This document shows, one piece after another, positions 8,367 through 16,748 of a stretch of DNA of 24,000 nt; the first letter of the stretch is position 1; the number at the start of each line of letters is the position of its first letter. The position numbers were made by a program, and so were the translations under genes. The stretch spans positions 1 to 24,000 of the forward strand of contig NZ_ATUO01000047.1 of assembly GCF_000420245.1 (NCBI RefSeq), read 5' to 3'. The notes beneath the pieces were generated by a model, which was given only the letters and a program-made list of their open reading frames with translations, did no database searches and was not told the origin of the DNA. This DNA comes from Psychromonas hadalis ATCC BAA-638 (lineage in GTDB: Bacteria > Pseudomonadota > Gammaproteobacteria > Enterobacterales > Psychromonadaceae).

Positions 8367-8518
8367 GGCAGTCATAGAAAAACACAAGAAAACCATAAAC
8401 TGGTGCACTTAGATAATTCGGGTTAATGGCACTCATACTGCTGGTTACATTTCACCTTTTGAAATTAGCTATAAGTTAATCAAATAACTAATGATAGCGT
8501 TAGTTTTTCAAGCATAAA

Positions 8519-9496
8519 ATGTTTTATAATAAGCGCCTATTTTATCAAAGCATATTTCTGGCCGTTATGGATCTTATTCAGCTTTCTCGTATTAACTTTA
8601 AACACCTGACGGTTTTGCATGTGATGCTTTCCACACACAGCGTTACCCGCAGTGCCGATATATTGTGTATGGGTCCGTCGAGTGTCAGTAAAACACTTTC
8701 ACAATTACGTGTTTTATTAAACGATGAACTATTTTATCGTGATGGCACTCAGCTTATTCCTACCCCCTATGCACTTAAAGTCGGACCAACACTACATCTC
8801 ATCATCAATAATATGAACGGCTTGCTCAATCAAACTGGCTTTGAGCCCCAACAGTTCTCTGGACGATTTTGCTTAGCGATGCGCGAAAGTACCTTTGAGA
8901 TTTTTGCGCCTGCTATCAGTGACATACTCACGCAGCTAGCGCCTGATGCTCAGGTGGAAATTCATTCTAAGGAACAGTTAGGTTTTGATGCGTTATTGAG
9001 TGGACAAGTTGATGTGATTGTTTTGCCCCATGATAAAAGTCAGCCACCGAGCAATGAAAAGCAACTGGTTTGGGAAACTGTGATAGAAGATGAAATGATC
9101 TGCGTAATGCGCGCGGACCATCCGTTAGCAGAGAAAATATTAACTATCGAGCAATATCTGGCCTATAAGCACATTGGTATTTTCGACAAAGAACTCAAAC
9201 AACCCTATTTTGAACAGTTGCTAAAGCAGCAACATCGAGGCAGAGAGATGGTTATTTCTGTCGCAGATTTTGGCAGTGCTGCCACTATTTGCATGCAATC
9301 TGAGTTTTTGTTCACTTGCTCTAAAAAATGGTTTGATGTGGCTAAACAAGCACAGGGCTTGATCGCAAAACCCTTACCTTTTGATTATGGGCAGGTCGCC
9401 TACAGCATGGTGTATAACAAGCTCGCGCTAAACGAACAGGCATTAAGCTGGTTATTTAGTCATATAAAAAAGGCGTTGAATAATACCAATCTCTAA
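8519..9496 (+). CDS. LysR-family transcriptional regulator (LeuO/NodD-like subgroup)
   Basis: N-terminal HTH region (SVTRSADILCMGPSSVSKTLSQLRVLLNDELFYRDG..PTPYA) followed by a periplasmic-binding-fold effector domain. The biological start is more likely ATG 8567 (MDLIQLSRINFKHL...) than the track start at 8519. Confidence 0.85.
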   Translation: MFYNKRLFYQSIFLAVMDLIQLSRINFKHLTVLHVMLSTHSVTRSADILCMGPSSVSKTLSQLRVLLNDELFYRDGTQLIPTPYALKVGPTLHLIINNMNGLLNQTGFEPQQFSGRFCLAMRESTFEIFAPAISDILTQLAPDAQVEIHSKEQLGFDALLSGQVDVIVLPHDKSQPPSNEKQLVWETVIEDEMICVMRADHPLAEKILTIEQYLAYKHIGIFDKELKQPYFEQLLKQQHRGREMVISVADFGSAATICMQSEFLFTCSKKWFDVAKQAQGLIAKPLPFDYGQVAYSMVYNKLALNEQALSWLFSHIKKALNNTNL

Positions 9497-9585
9497 CTGT
9501 TTTATCGGTTGGTAGGCTAATGTACCTGCAATACAGTACCTTACCTTACAAAATTCTATTAAAAAGTAACTTATAAATATCAGGC

Positions 9586-10473
9586 TTAAGTGTAAACCGA
9601 TGGTAGCAGGACTTCTCTGCCTAAACGCGCTACCAATTTTTTACTGAACATTAACATTTGTTGCTCGCTGCATTTATCCCAGGTTAAACCCTCACCGATA
9701 ACGCCGTGATGCTGAAAGGCATTAAGGCGGATAATCACCTGTTGTGGCAGTGTGTTCAAATACTCACAAAGCGCATCTATTTCGCTTAGTAAATCAGTTT
9801 TGCCGGGAATATAGAGAAGCCGAACTTCATACAGTTTATTGTGTGCTGCTAATTGATTAATAGTCTGCATAACACGGTGGTTGCCTCGGCCTACCAACCA
9901 TAAATGGGTGGCATTTTGCCATGCTTTTAAATCGATCATGGTGCCATCAATATAGGGCAATAGCTTGTTCCAACCTTGCTCAGATAAACTGCCGTTACTA
10001 TCAACATAGCAACTAAGATGAGAAAGTGCAGCATTAGCTTTAACCGCTTTAAATAATTCCACCAGAAAGGCCAACTGCAGTGTTGATTCGCCACCAGATA
10101 CGGTAATACCATTTAAAAAATGGCGATGTTGTGTGAGCAGTTCCAGCAACTGCCTGACCGAATAGCTGCTGGTTTTGGGGGTAGACTTGCTTGGACAGAT
10201 ATCAATGCACTTATCACAGCCACTGCAAAGTGCTTGTCGCCATTTTACTTTATTGTTCTCAACTGTCAGTGCGCCAGTTGGACAGGAAGCAACACAGTCC
10301 GCGCAATGATCACAATGGTTGATGGTATGCGGGTTATGGCAGCTAATACAATCGAAGTTACAGCCCTGTAGAAAAATCACAAGGCGGTTACCCGGACCGT
10401 CGACACAGGAAAAAGTCAGAATTTTACTGATGATTCCCTTTTTATCAAAATTAATGGTGTCGGATTGAAGCAT
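9586..10473 (-). CDS. yjjW: Glycyl-radical enzyme activase (radical SAM), YjjW family
   Basis: 295-aa ORF. CX3CX2C radical-SAM motif CNFDCISC (C38/C42/C45). Two ferredoxin-like Cys clusters (CDHCADCVASCP, CSGCDKCIDICP). Starts 9 nt downstream of the yjjI stop. Confidence 0.85.
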   Translation of the reverse strand: MLQSDTINFDKKGIISKILTFSCVDGPGNRLVIFLQGCNFDCISCHNPHTINHCDHCADCVASCPTGALTVENNKVKWRQALCSGCDKCIDICPSKSTPKTSSYSVRQLLELLTQHRHFLNGITVSGGESTLQLAFLVELFKAVKANAALSHLSCYVDSNGSLSEQGWNKLLPYIDGTMIDLKAWQNATHLWLVGRGNHRVMQTINQLAAHNKLYEVRLLYIPGKTDLLSEIDALCEYLNTLPQQVIIRLNAFQHHGVIGEGLTWDKCSEQQMLMFSKKLVARLGREVLLPSVYT

Positions 10474-10482
10474 CAGTTACTT

Positions 10483-12009
10483 TTATTCAACATAGCTTGG
10501 TGATGTTTCTAATGCGGCTACACGTGGTTTGCGCTTAAGAATAGCTGTATTTTTGGCCGCCTCAGCACCTAAAAAGGTAGTATTAGTCCGTGAGCCTTGG
10601 GCATCGAATTTGGCAATATCGGAGAGCTTAACCATATACCCCGTCACACGTACTAAATCGTTTGAAGCAACGTTTGCGGTAAACTCGCGATAACCCGATT
10701 TAAGTGCACCTTTAGCAAGATTAAACATAGCTAAAGGGTTAGCTTTCACAGTTTCGTCAATGGTTAAAATATCGCTGATCCCAGAGGTATAATATTGATG
10801 GTGAGCCACGGTTGCTTGCACATAAGCCACCGGATCTGGCTCTGACCCATAAGGTATACGCACACCCGGTGTCACATCTTTATCTAAACTGATGCCGCCT
10901 TGAGCATGCAATAACGCTTTACCGTGGTAACCATACTTCACATCCGTCGTCGCAACGATCTCGGAAAGTAGTTTAGAAATAGTATGTCCGAGCTGATTGG
11001 CAATATCATCATGACCATAACGCGCCTTGTTATCTTCTTTTTCCATCAGAATATTGACCGCCTCAGCCATACCGTAAATGCCAAACATCGGTGCGAATCT
11101 GTTTTCGGCAATAAGTCCCTCGGTGTTTAAGAAACTGTTAAAAAAGTTAGATTTCTCATGCAGAAATGCACTGCGCACATCAATTAAGTCAAACATAATG
11201 CGGCAGTATTCAGGCAATACAGTGTCGATAAAATCGGCTTTATGCTGTGCTTTTTTAGCCACCTCTTTTAAGTTGAGGCGTACCAGTGTATTTGATCCCC
11301 CGCCTAAAGGCAGGGAGTTGTAACAACTGACAATACCAAAGCCACTGTTATCATAAGCCTTTGCGTGTAGTGGGTAATTGGCAATATGTGGTTTGCTGCA
11401 AACACAAATATTGTTTGTCGCCTGACGCAGTAAATCATCGGGAGTGACTTTTTCATCGTACATAAAGGTTAAATTAGGCGCGATCTGTTTTAATTCAGCA
11501 TCAACAGCCAAGATAGTACGGCAAATAATATTATCTGTTGGACCAATGTTTACATGCATAAACGCATCGGGCAGGGTGCGATCTAGCATTATCCAAAACA
11601 GCTTTATTTTTTGGTAAATCTGTTGCTCACTAAGATCACCAATGTAAGGCATCAGCACCGTATCAAGCTGACCAAGATAAACAGGAATAGAAGTAACAGA
11701 AGGAACATGATGATACAAAATAGTCAGTAAGTTTAACGCTTCATCAAAGTTGTTTGCCGCATCTAATTCAAGGTATTCAGAGCCTTGCGCTAAAAATTTG
11801 CCATAATCAGGCAGTACATAGCGCGGTTTGAACGGCGCATGGCCCTCAAACATATCACAGATAATGCCAGCATCGATCGCTTGTTGCGTTTTAGTTTCAA
11901 TATCCAGATAAGGAAGGCTTGCTTCGGCCTCTAAGGCTAAATATTGCGACTTTTGTTTTGCTGATAAATTCTTATCTGTGATTATGCTGTACAAGCGCGC
12001 TTGCGTCAT
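10483..12009 (-). CDS. yjjI: YjjI-family glycine radical enzyme (DUF3029), substrate unknown
   Basis: 508-aa ORF. C-terminal glycyl-radical fingerprint RVTGY (aa 454-458; the G457 codon is the reverse complement of 10639-10641). Paired with a dedicated activase, as in E. coli yjjI-yjjW. SD agggga upstream. Confidence 0.85.
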   Translation of the reverse strand: MTQARLYSIITDKNLSAKQKSQYLALEAEASLPYLDIETKTQQAIDAGIICDMFEGHAPFKPRYVLPDYGKFLAQGSEYLELDAANNFDEALNLLTILYHHVPSVTSIPVYLGQLDTVLMPYIGDLSEQQIYQKIKLFWIMLDRTLPDAFMHVNIGPTDNIICRTILAVDAELKQIAPNLTFMYDEKVTPDDLLRQATNNICVCSKPHIANYPLHAKAYDNSGFGIVSCYNSLPLGGGSNTLVRLNLKEVAKKAQHKADFIDTVLPEYCRIMFDLIDVRSAFLHEKSNFFNSFLNTEGLIAENRFAPMFGIYGMAEAVNILMEKEDNKARYGHDDIANQLGHTISKLLSEIVATTDVKYGYHGKALLHAQGGISLDKDVTPGVRIPYGSEPDPVAYVQATVAHHQYYTSGISDILTIDETVKANPLAMFNLAKGALKSGYREFTANVASNDLVRVTGYMVKLSDIAKFDAQGSRTNTTFLGAEAAKNTAILKRKPRVAALETSPSYVE

Positions 12010-12370
12010 AATGAATCCCCTGTTATTTGTGTGTGTTTATTCTAAGTGAACCAAGAAATTTCTGTTAGTGAAATGAATGGAAAGACTTATTTCTATTTTG
12101 GAAATGTTAAGGGCTAATACAATGAGTGTTAAAGATGAGGACTAGGATTTGTACAAGTTGTTGTGGTTAGTCTGAAAGAGTCCACTGCACAATTTAAGGC
12201 ATACGATACAGGAGGCTAATTCGCGACACCCTAAGATTCTAAATGGAAGTTATTGATTTTGTTGATATCAATATATGTCCCCGATTTATAATTAAATTTC
12301 AGTTTGTTATCACTGGTTAAATATTAACCGCTTCAAGTGTAATAGACTGTAATGTAGCGCGGTAATATAA

Positions 12371-12957
12371 GAAAGGTGCAGTAGATGGCTAGCCTCAATT
12401 AAGCTACATGGTTTACCGATACACCTTAATCAGAGTGAGTGGTCTTTTGTTGAAAATGAACAAGCATTTCAAGTGAGTGTGGCAGGAAATATAAAAGCCA
12501 ATGCATTAAATATTTTGATAAAAGCTGCGCTTAATGGCCATGGTATCGTACGTGTGCCCTACGGTCTTGCAAATCAATTGATTCAATCTTAACACCTACA
12601 TGCTCATTTAAACTGATACCATTGCGCTTAATATAATGATCAGGTTTTACGTAGGGTAAATTGCTAAGGTCAAGGCGCATGATTGAGTAATAAGCAAAAC
12701 GGTCATTGCGTACTGTTTGACGAAGTCAAATAGAGCAGCGGGCTATTACGATTGAATGCAACGCTGGTATTAGTAATTTAAACCAGTAAAAACGATCAGT
12801 TACTTAGGCGGATTGGTATGATTATACCCGTTGGCGATATTTTCTCTGGGCAGTTTATCTTTCGCGTAGTTATCAATCCCCCAAAGTACGTGCTTTTATT
12901 GATTTTTTAGTGCAAGAGTTTAAACAGGATATCTACCTAATATCACTTGAATCTTAA
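12371..12957 (+). pseudogene. Decayed LysR-family regulator, divergent from yjjI. Only effector-domain fragments remain, interrupted by a family-B repeat.
   Basis: Fragment 1 (12404-12589) reads LHGLPIHLNQSEWSFVENEQAFQVSVAGNIKANALNILIKAALNGHGIVRVPYGLANQLIQS and then stops. Fragment 2 (12820-12954, different frame) reads DYTRWRYFLWAVYLSRSYQSPKVRAFIDFLVQEFKQ..., the typical LysR C-terminus. No intact HTH lies upstream. Confidence 0.65.
12614..12819 (-). repeat. Family-B MITE-like element, copy B2, inserted in the LysR pseudogene
   Basis: Terminal inverted repeats ataccattgcgc (12614-12625) and gcggattggtat (12808-12819) match 10 of 12 when complemented. The 41-bp end 12779-12819 is nearly identical to B1. 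The coding sequence of the LysR C-terminus resumes exactly at 12820. Confidence 0.6.
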
Positions 12958-13244
12958 GCTCAAATGTACAGTTCTGAGTGCAGTAATTGATTCATTCTCA
13001 CTTTTATTACCATCAAATTGACACTAAAAAGTGTTGCTGGGGGGACTCTACTACTTTAACCATAATCCATCATTTATTAACGGAAGTGTAAATTAGTGTA
13101 AAGGTTGTCGTAGAACTTTGAAATAATCCAATAGGCGCACTAAGCTCTTTGAAAATGGATATTTTAAGGGAGCAATACTGTTAATAAACAGGTAAATGGA
13201 TGTATTACAGAGGGAAAACATTCAACACCAATTTGGAATAAACC

Positions 13245-13520
13245 ATGAAACTAGCCAATATATTACAAAATAAACCTAACCAACACGATACCTTAAGCAT
13301 AATTGAAGCAATCGAAAGTGATTTTAGCGAGACCGATAAAGTATTAATTAAAGCCGATTGGGTGATGCAAGATACCGTCGCGAAGTTACAAGCAAAAAAA
13401 TTATCAGAAGAAGATCGCCACATATTAATCAGCCAACTTAATGCAGCTATTACTTCAGTACAAATTCAGTTATATAATGGTAATAAAAGCGCACAAAATG
13501 ACGATAAAATCGTCGCGTAA
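13245..13520 (+). CDS. Hypothetical small protein (91 aa, predicted helical)
   Basis: Clean ORF in an otherwise non-coding stretch. No recognisable motif and a weak SD. Confidence 0.35.
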   Translation: MKLANILQNKPNQHDTLSIIEAIESDFSETDKVLIKADWVMQDTVAKLQAKKLSEEDRHILISQLNAAITSVQIQLYNGNKSAQNDDKIVA

Positions 13521-13569
13521 TGTAGCAAAACCAATCTTCACTAATCAGCAAAAGGAACTTGCTTGATTT

Positions 13570-13791
13570 ATACCAATCAGGATAAATAGCTGATCAATCT
13601 TACTGGTTAAAATAAACTACTTCATCGTTGAATATTTCGTAAAGGGAGCAACCCTTAAAGAATTAAAGTCTGTAATTTATTCTTCCGTTAGAGGATTAAC
13701 GCAGTTAATCTCTCGAAAGGGGAAATATTCGCCTTGAATTACCTTGTTTTTCCTGCGTAATATTAGATCACATACTTAACCCGATTGGTAT
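13570..13791 (+). repeat. Family-B MITE-like element, full-length copy B3 (222 bp)
   Basis: Terminal inverted repeats ataccaatcagg (13570-13581) / cccgattggtat (13780-13791) match 11 of 12. Positions 13636-13721 are about 85 percent identical by eye to the reverse complement of 18299-18384. Confidence 0.75.
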
Positions 13792-13913
13792 AACCTCTCA
13801 TATCCCTCTGTACTATTTCTGCTTAACGCTAATGATGTGATCTAACCTGCTGTTTCAAAATGCCTATTTTGTAGTATGAGTATTAGGTAATTAAATCAAA
13901 AGAGACAAAAACT

Positions 13914-14174
13914 ATGTCAGCTAAAAAGCATAAACGTAAAGCAGTGAAACATGTGGGTCAAGCCTACAAAAAAGTATCTACGCCTTCTTTGTTGCATCGT
14001 TACCCTAGACTAGGGTTAGTACTCAGTTTTGTGCTGCTGGTGGTCGGTATTTTGCTGTTAACTATCGGTTATGTTAGCAATGCAAGAGTTGGTTTAGCAA
14101 TGATTTCACTGTTCTTTGGCCTTGTCTTGGGTGTTTTTTCTAATGCAGCTTTACCCCAACAGCGTTCGCATTAG
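13914..14174 (+). CDS. Small membrane protein (86 aa): Lys-rich N-terminus plus two predicted TM helices
   Basis: MSAKKHKRKAVKH... followed by hydrophobic segments LGLVLSFVLLVVGILLLTIGYV and GLAMISLFFGLVLGVF. No family recognised. Confidence 0.5.
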   Translation: MSAKKHKRKAVKHVGQAYKKVSTPSLLHRYPRLGLVLSFVLLVVGILLLTIGYVSNARVGLAMISLFFGLVLGVFSNAALPQQRSH

Positions 14175-14270
14175 CAAATAATGGTTTCTGGGTATTAATC
14201 ATCAAAATGGCAATGTTGCTAATTGGAAAATTACAGCGTTGCTTTAATACTCTCTTTTATAATACTAATT

Positions 14271-14740
14271 GGGTGTAGTTCACCTCCCAGTGGTTAGTGG
14301 GTTAGTTGCCATTGAATGCAGAAAAATAGAATTTTTACCAATGATATGAACACGATTATTGAGACAAGCAGAGATCAAAGCGTACACACAACTCCCTTTC
14401 TATTTTATTGCTAAGTCATGCTTGCTTAGCAAGGTTCGACAGCGAATTATGCGTAGCATAATATCATACGCAGGTCGAAACTAAGCTCAACCAACACAGA
14501 GACGTGCTGTTTGAGCTGGTGCGTTATAAGCAATCAGGACGTGCAAGATAAAAAAATGGTAGGGCAGTCTTTCTTTTGGTTCCTTTTTCTTTGGCTGTTC
14601 AAAGAAAATGAACTCGCCAAAGGCGAAACACCCACTACAAAATAGATGACGCCCCCGTTAAGATACTTATATCCATTCTTTAATGGATATGTTTTTTATT
14701 GATTTAAATTATTTTTACTCGACTCAAAAGAACTACACCC
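14271..14740. repeat. 470-bp inverted-repeat-bounded, highly structured intergenic element
   Basis: Perfect 11-bp inverted repeat gggtgtagttc (14271-14281) / gaactacaccc (14730-14740), with aatt-containing flanks. Internal hairpins include ttgctaag/cttagcaa (14408-14415 / 14425-14432) and nested ttcgac/gtcgaa with tgcgta/tacgca (14435-14479). Confidence 0.5.
14669..14697 (+). terminator. Terminator-like hairpin plus T-tract, about 135 nt upstream of the lysine-catabolic operon
   Basis: 9-bp perfect stem atatccatt (14669-14677) / aatggatat (14682-14690), loop cttt, then g-tttttt (14692-14697). The stem is AT-rich, so stability is modest. Confidence 0.45.
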
Positions 14741-14832
14741 ATATTAATTGGAGCCTGTTTTAACGGGTAGTGGAAAAAGTTGGCTGTGCTGTCTATATTT
14801 TAACTAAGGAAAACTCAAAATAAGGAGGAAAC

Positions 14833-15648
14833 ATGATTTCTCTAACGCAGTTTTTTAATCAACTTTGGTTACAATATACACAGATTTGCCCACAAGCAGT
14901 TAGCATTCATCAACTCTTTGAAAAAGCAGGAGAGCCAATGGTTAATGACCATTTAGCCTTTCGTACTTTTGCTGACTCAGAGATAGCCATTGATAATCTA
15001 CAAGAAGAACTGTTCACATTAGGTTATTCACCTCTCGATAACTATCATTTCAAAAATAAAAAACTTAATGCACGTTGTTATATTCATCAAAGTAGCCCCA
15101 CTAAAATATTCATTAGTGAATTATTGTGGTTACAGTTATCGGATCAAACCCAAGAGATTATTCAGCCAATAATCACCCAAATTAGCGAACATATAAGCAC
15201 ATACAAAAACGTTAACTTGAATGCCGGACGTTTATGGCAGTTACCTGACTATGCAGATTATCAGCGCTTATTAAAAGAGTCAGAATACGCTGCATGGTTA
15301 TCGGTTTGGGGATTAAGAGCTAACCATTTTACTTTATTTATTAACTATTTAAAGCAATACCCAAACCTGCAGTTGGTGGTCGATTTATTAGTAGAGCAGG
15401 GATATAAGCTCAATAATGCGGGTGGGATAATTAAAGGCACTGAGCAGGATAAACTAATTCAAGCATCCACATTGGCTGATAAAGTCGAGGTGATATTTGC
15501 TGATGCAGGGGCGCAAAAAATTAGTAGTTGTTATTATGAGTTTGCACAGCGATTTGAACAGGATAATGGTCAGCTATTTCAGGGCTTTGTAGCAAGTAGC
15601 GCCGATAAAATTTTTGAGTCAACTAATCAAGGATTTGCTAATGATTAA
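14833..15648 (+). CDS. Short-form DUF1338 protein (HglS/YdcJ-like putative 2-oxoadipate dioxygenase/decarboxylase)
   Basis: 271-aa ORF. Candidate DUF1338 metal-ligand motifs are NDHLAFRT (H40), ANHFT (H165) and YYEFAQR (E236). Strong SD aaggagg before ATG 14833. Confidence 0.75.
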   Translation: MISLTQFFNQLWLQYTQICPQAVSIHQLFEKAGEPMVNDHLAFRTFADSEIAIDNLQEELFTLGYSPLDNYHFKNKKLNARCYIHQSSPTKIFISELLWLQLSDQTQEIIQPIITQISEHISTYKNVNLNAGRLWQLPDYADYQRLLKESEYAAWLSVWGLRANHFTLFINYLKQYPNLQLVVDLLVEQGYKLNNAGGIIKGTEQDKLIQASTLADKVEVIFADAGAQKISSCYYEFAQRFEQDNGQLFQGFVASSADKIFESTNQGFAND

Positions 15649-16723
15649 ACGTGTATTGGTATTAGGTCTTGGGCGCATTGGTAGCCAAATCGCTTGTTTG
15701 TTAAATACCAACAAAAATTATCATGTCATTGGTGCAGATATTGATGAAAAATCAGTGCAAAAATACGCGCGATTTTTTAGCACAATGCGCCTTACTAACG
15801 ATGATTATTCAACGTTGTTTAGCGACATTGATGTGGTTTTTTCTGCATTGAGTTTTAATGAGAACCCTAAAGTCGCATTAGCTGCATTAAATGCAGGTGC
15901 GAGTTATTTTGATCTCACTGAAGATGTGCGTTGTACTGAACAGATTAAACAGATCGCAAAGCGCGCTAAAACAGGCCAGTTTTTTATGCCTCAATGTGGC
16001 TTAGCCCCTGGTTTTATTGGCATTTTGGCGTATAGCTTTCGTCACCATTTTGAAAAGTTGGATAGTTTAAAACTACGTGTTGGTGCCTTACCACAATTCC
16101 CCTCTAATCAGATGATGTATAACTTAACCTGGAGTACAGCAGGGTTAGTGAATGAATACGCGAACCCCTGTGAAGCGATCAAAGACTACCAACGCACATT
16201 TATTGAGCCTTTAGAAGGGCGTGAAGTATTAACCATATCAGGCGTTAAATATGAAGCCTTTAATACCTCGGGAGGTGTGGCCAACCTATGTATTAGCTTA
16301 CAAAAACAAGTGCGTGAGCTTACCTATAAAACCATACGTTATCCCGGACACTGTCAATTAATGCGTTTTCTGTTTCGAGATTTACGCTTAGGAGAAGAGG
16401 GCACTAGGCGCAACATGCTGATGAATATATTAGACAGTGCAGTGGCAACAACAGAACAAGATATTGTATTAATTTCAGTGGTTGCAACAGGTTACAATGC
16501 CGATAAGTTACAACAAATAAGCCGTACCTTTTTAATTCCACACAGCAGCCAACAAAGTGCCATTCAGATAGCCACCGCTAATGCAGCTGTCACCACGTTA
16601 GATTGCGTATTACAAGACAAAATGCTCCACACAGGTTTTGTAGAGCAAGAGATATTAGATATTGATACATTTTTAAAAAATCAATTTGCTAAACCCTATC
16701 GTGATGCCGAACTCAGCCGTTAA
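15641..16723 (+). CDS. Saccharopine dehydrogenase family oxidoreductase (NAD(P)-binding)
   Basis: Start refined to ATG 15641, so the protein begins MIKRVLVLGLGRIGS (an N-terminal GxGxxG Rossmann motif). This ATG overlaps the upstream stop as ATGATTAA. The track start 15614 would add 9 residues ahead of the fold. Confidence 0.8.
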   Translation: MIKRVLVLGLGRIGSQIACLLNTNKNYHVIGADIDEKSVQKYARFFSTMRLTNDDYSTLFSDIDVVFSALSFNENPKVALAALNAGASYFDLTEDVRCTEQIKQIAKRAKTGQFFMPQCGLAPGFIGILAYSFRHHFEKLDSLKLRVGALPQFPSNQMMYNLTWSTAGLVNEYANPCEAIKDYQRTFIEPLEGREVLTISGVKYEAFNTSGGVANLCISLQKQVRELTYKTIRYPGHCQLMRFLFRDLRLGEEGTRRNMLMNILDSAVATTEQDIVLISVVATGYNADKLQQISRTFLIPHSSQQSAIQIATANAAVTTLDCVLQDKMLHTGFVEQEILDIDTFLKNQFAKPYRDAELSR

Positions 16724-16748
16724 TTTGTTTAATAAAAAAGGTGTGATT

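Noticed and set aside
10120-11323. ORFs 10120-10371 (+) and 11078-11323 (+) antisense to yjjW and yjjI
   Set aside because: Both are embedded in well-supported minus-strand genes and have no start signals.
13205-13423. 72-aa minus-strand ORF overlapping the 91-aa + strand ORF
   Set aside because: The two ORFs exclude each other. The + strand ORF is longer and has a more protein-like composition. Neither is strongly supported.
14425-14445. ggttcgac, reminiscent of a tRNA T-arm (GGTTCGAATCC)
   Set aside because: The surrounding sequence does not fold into a cloverleaf: there is no acceptor stem pairing and no anticodon arm at the proper spacing. It is part of the hairpin-rich repeat.
14500-14832. 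Possible lysine riboswitch or attenuator ahead of the lysine-catabolic operon
   Set aside because: I could not recognise the conserved L-box core. The terminator lies inside an inverted-repeat-bounded repeat rather than a conserved leader. An Infernal scan would be needed to settle it.
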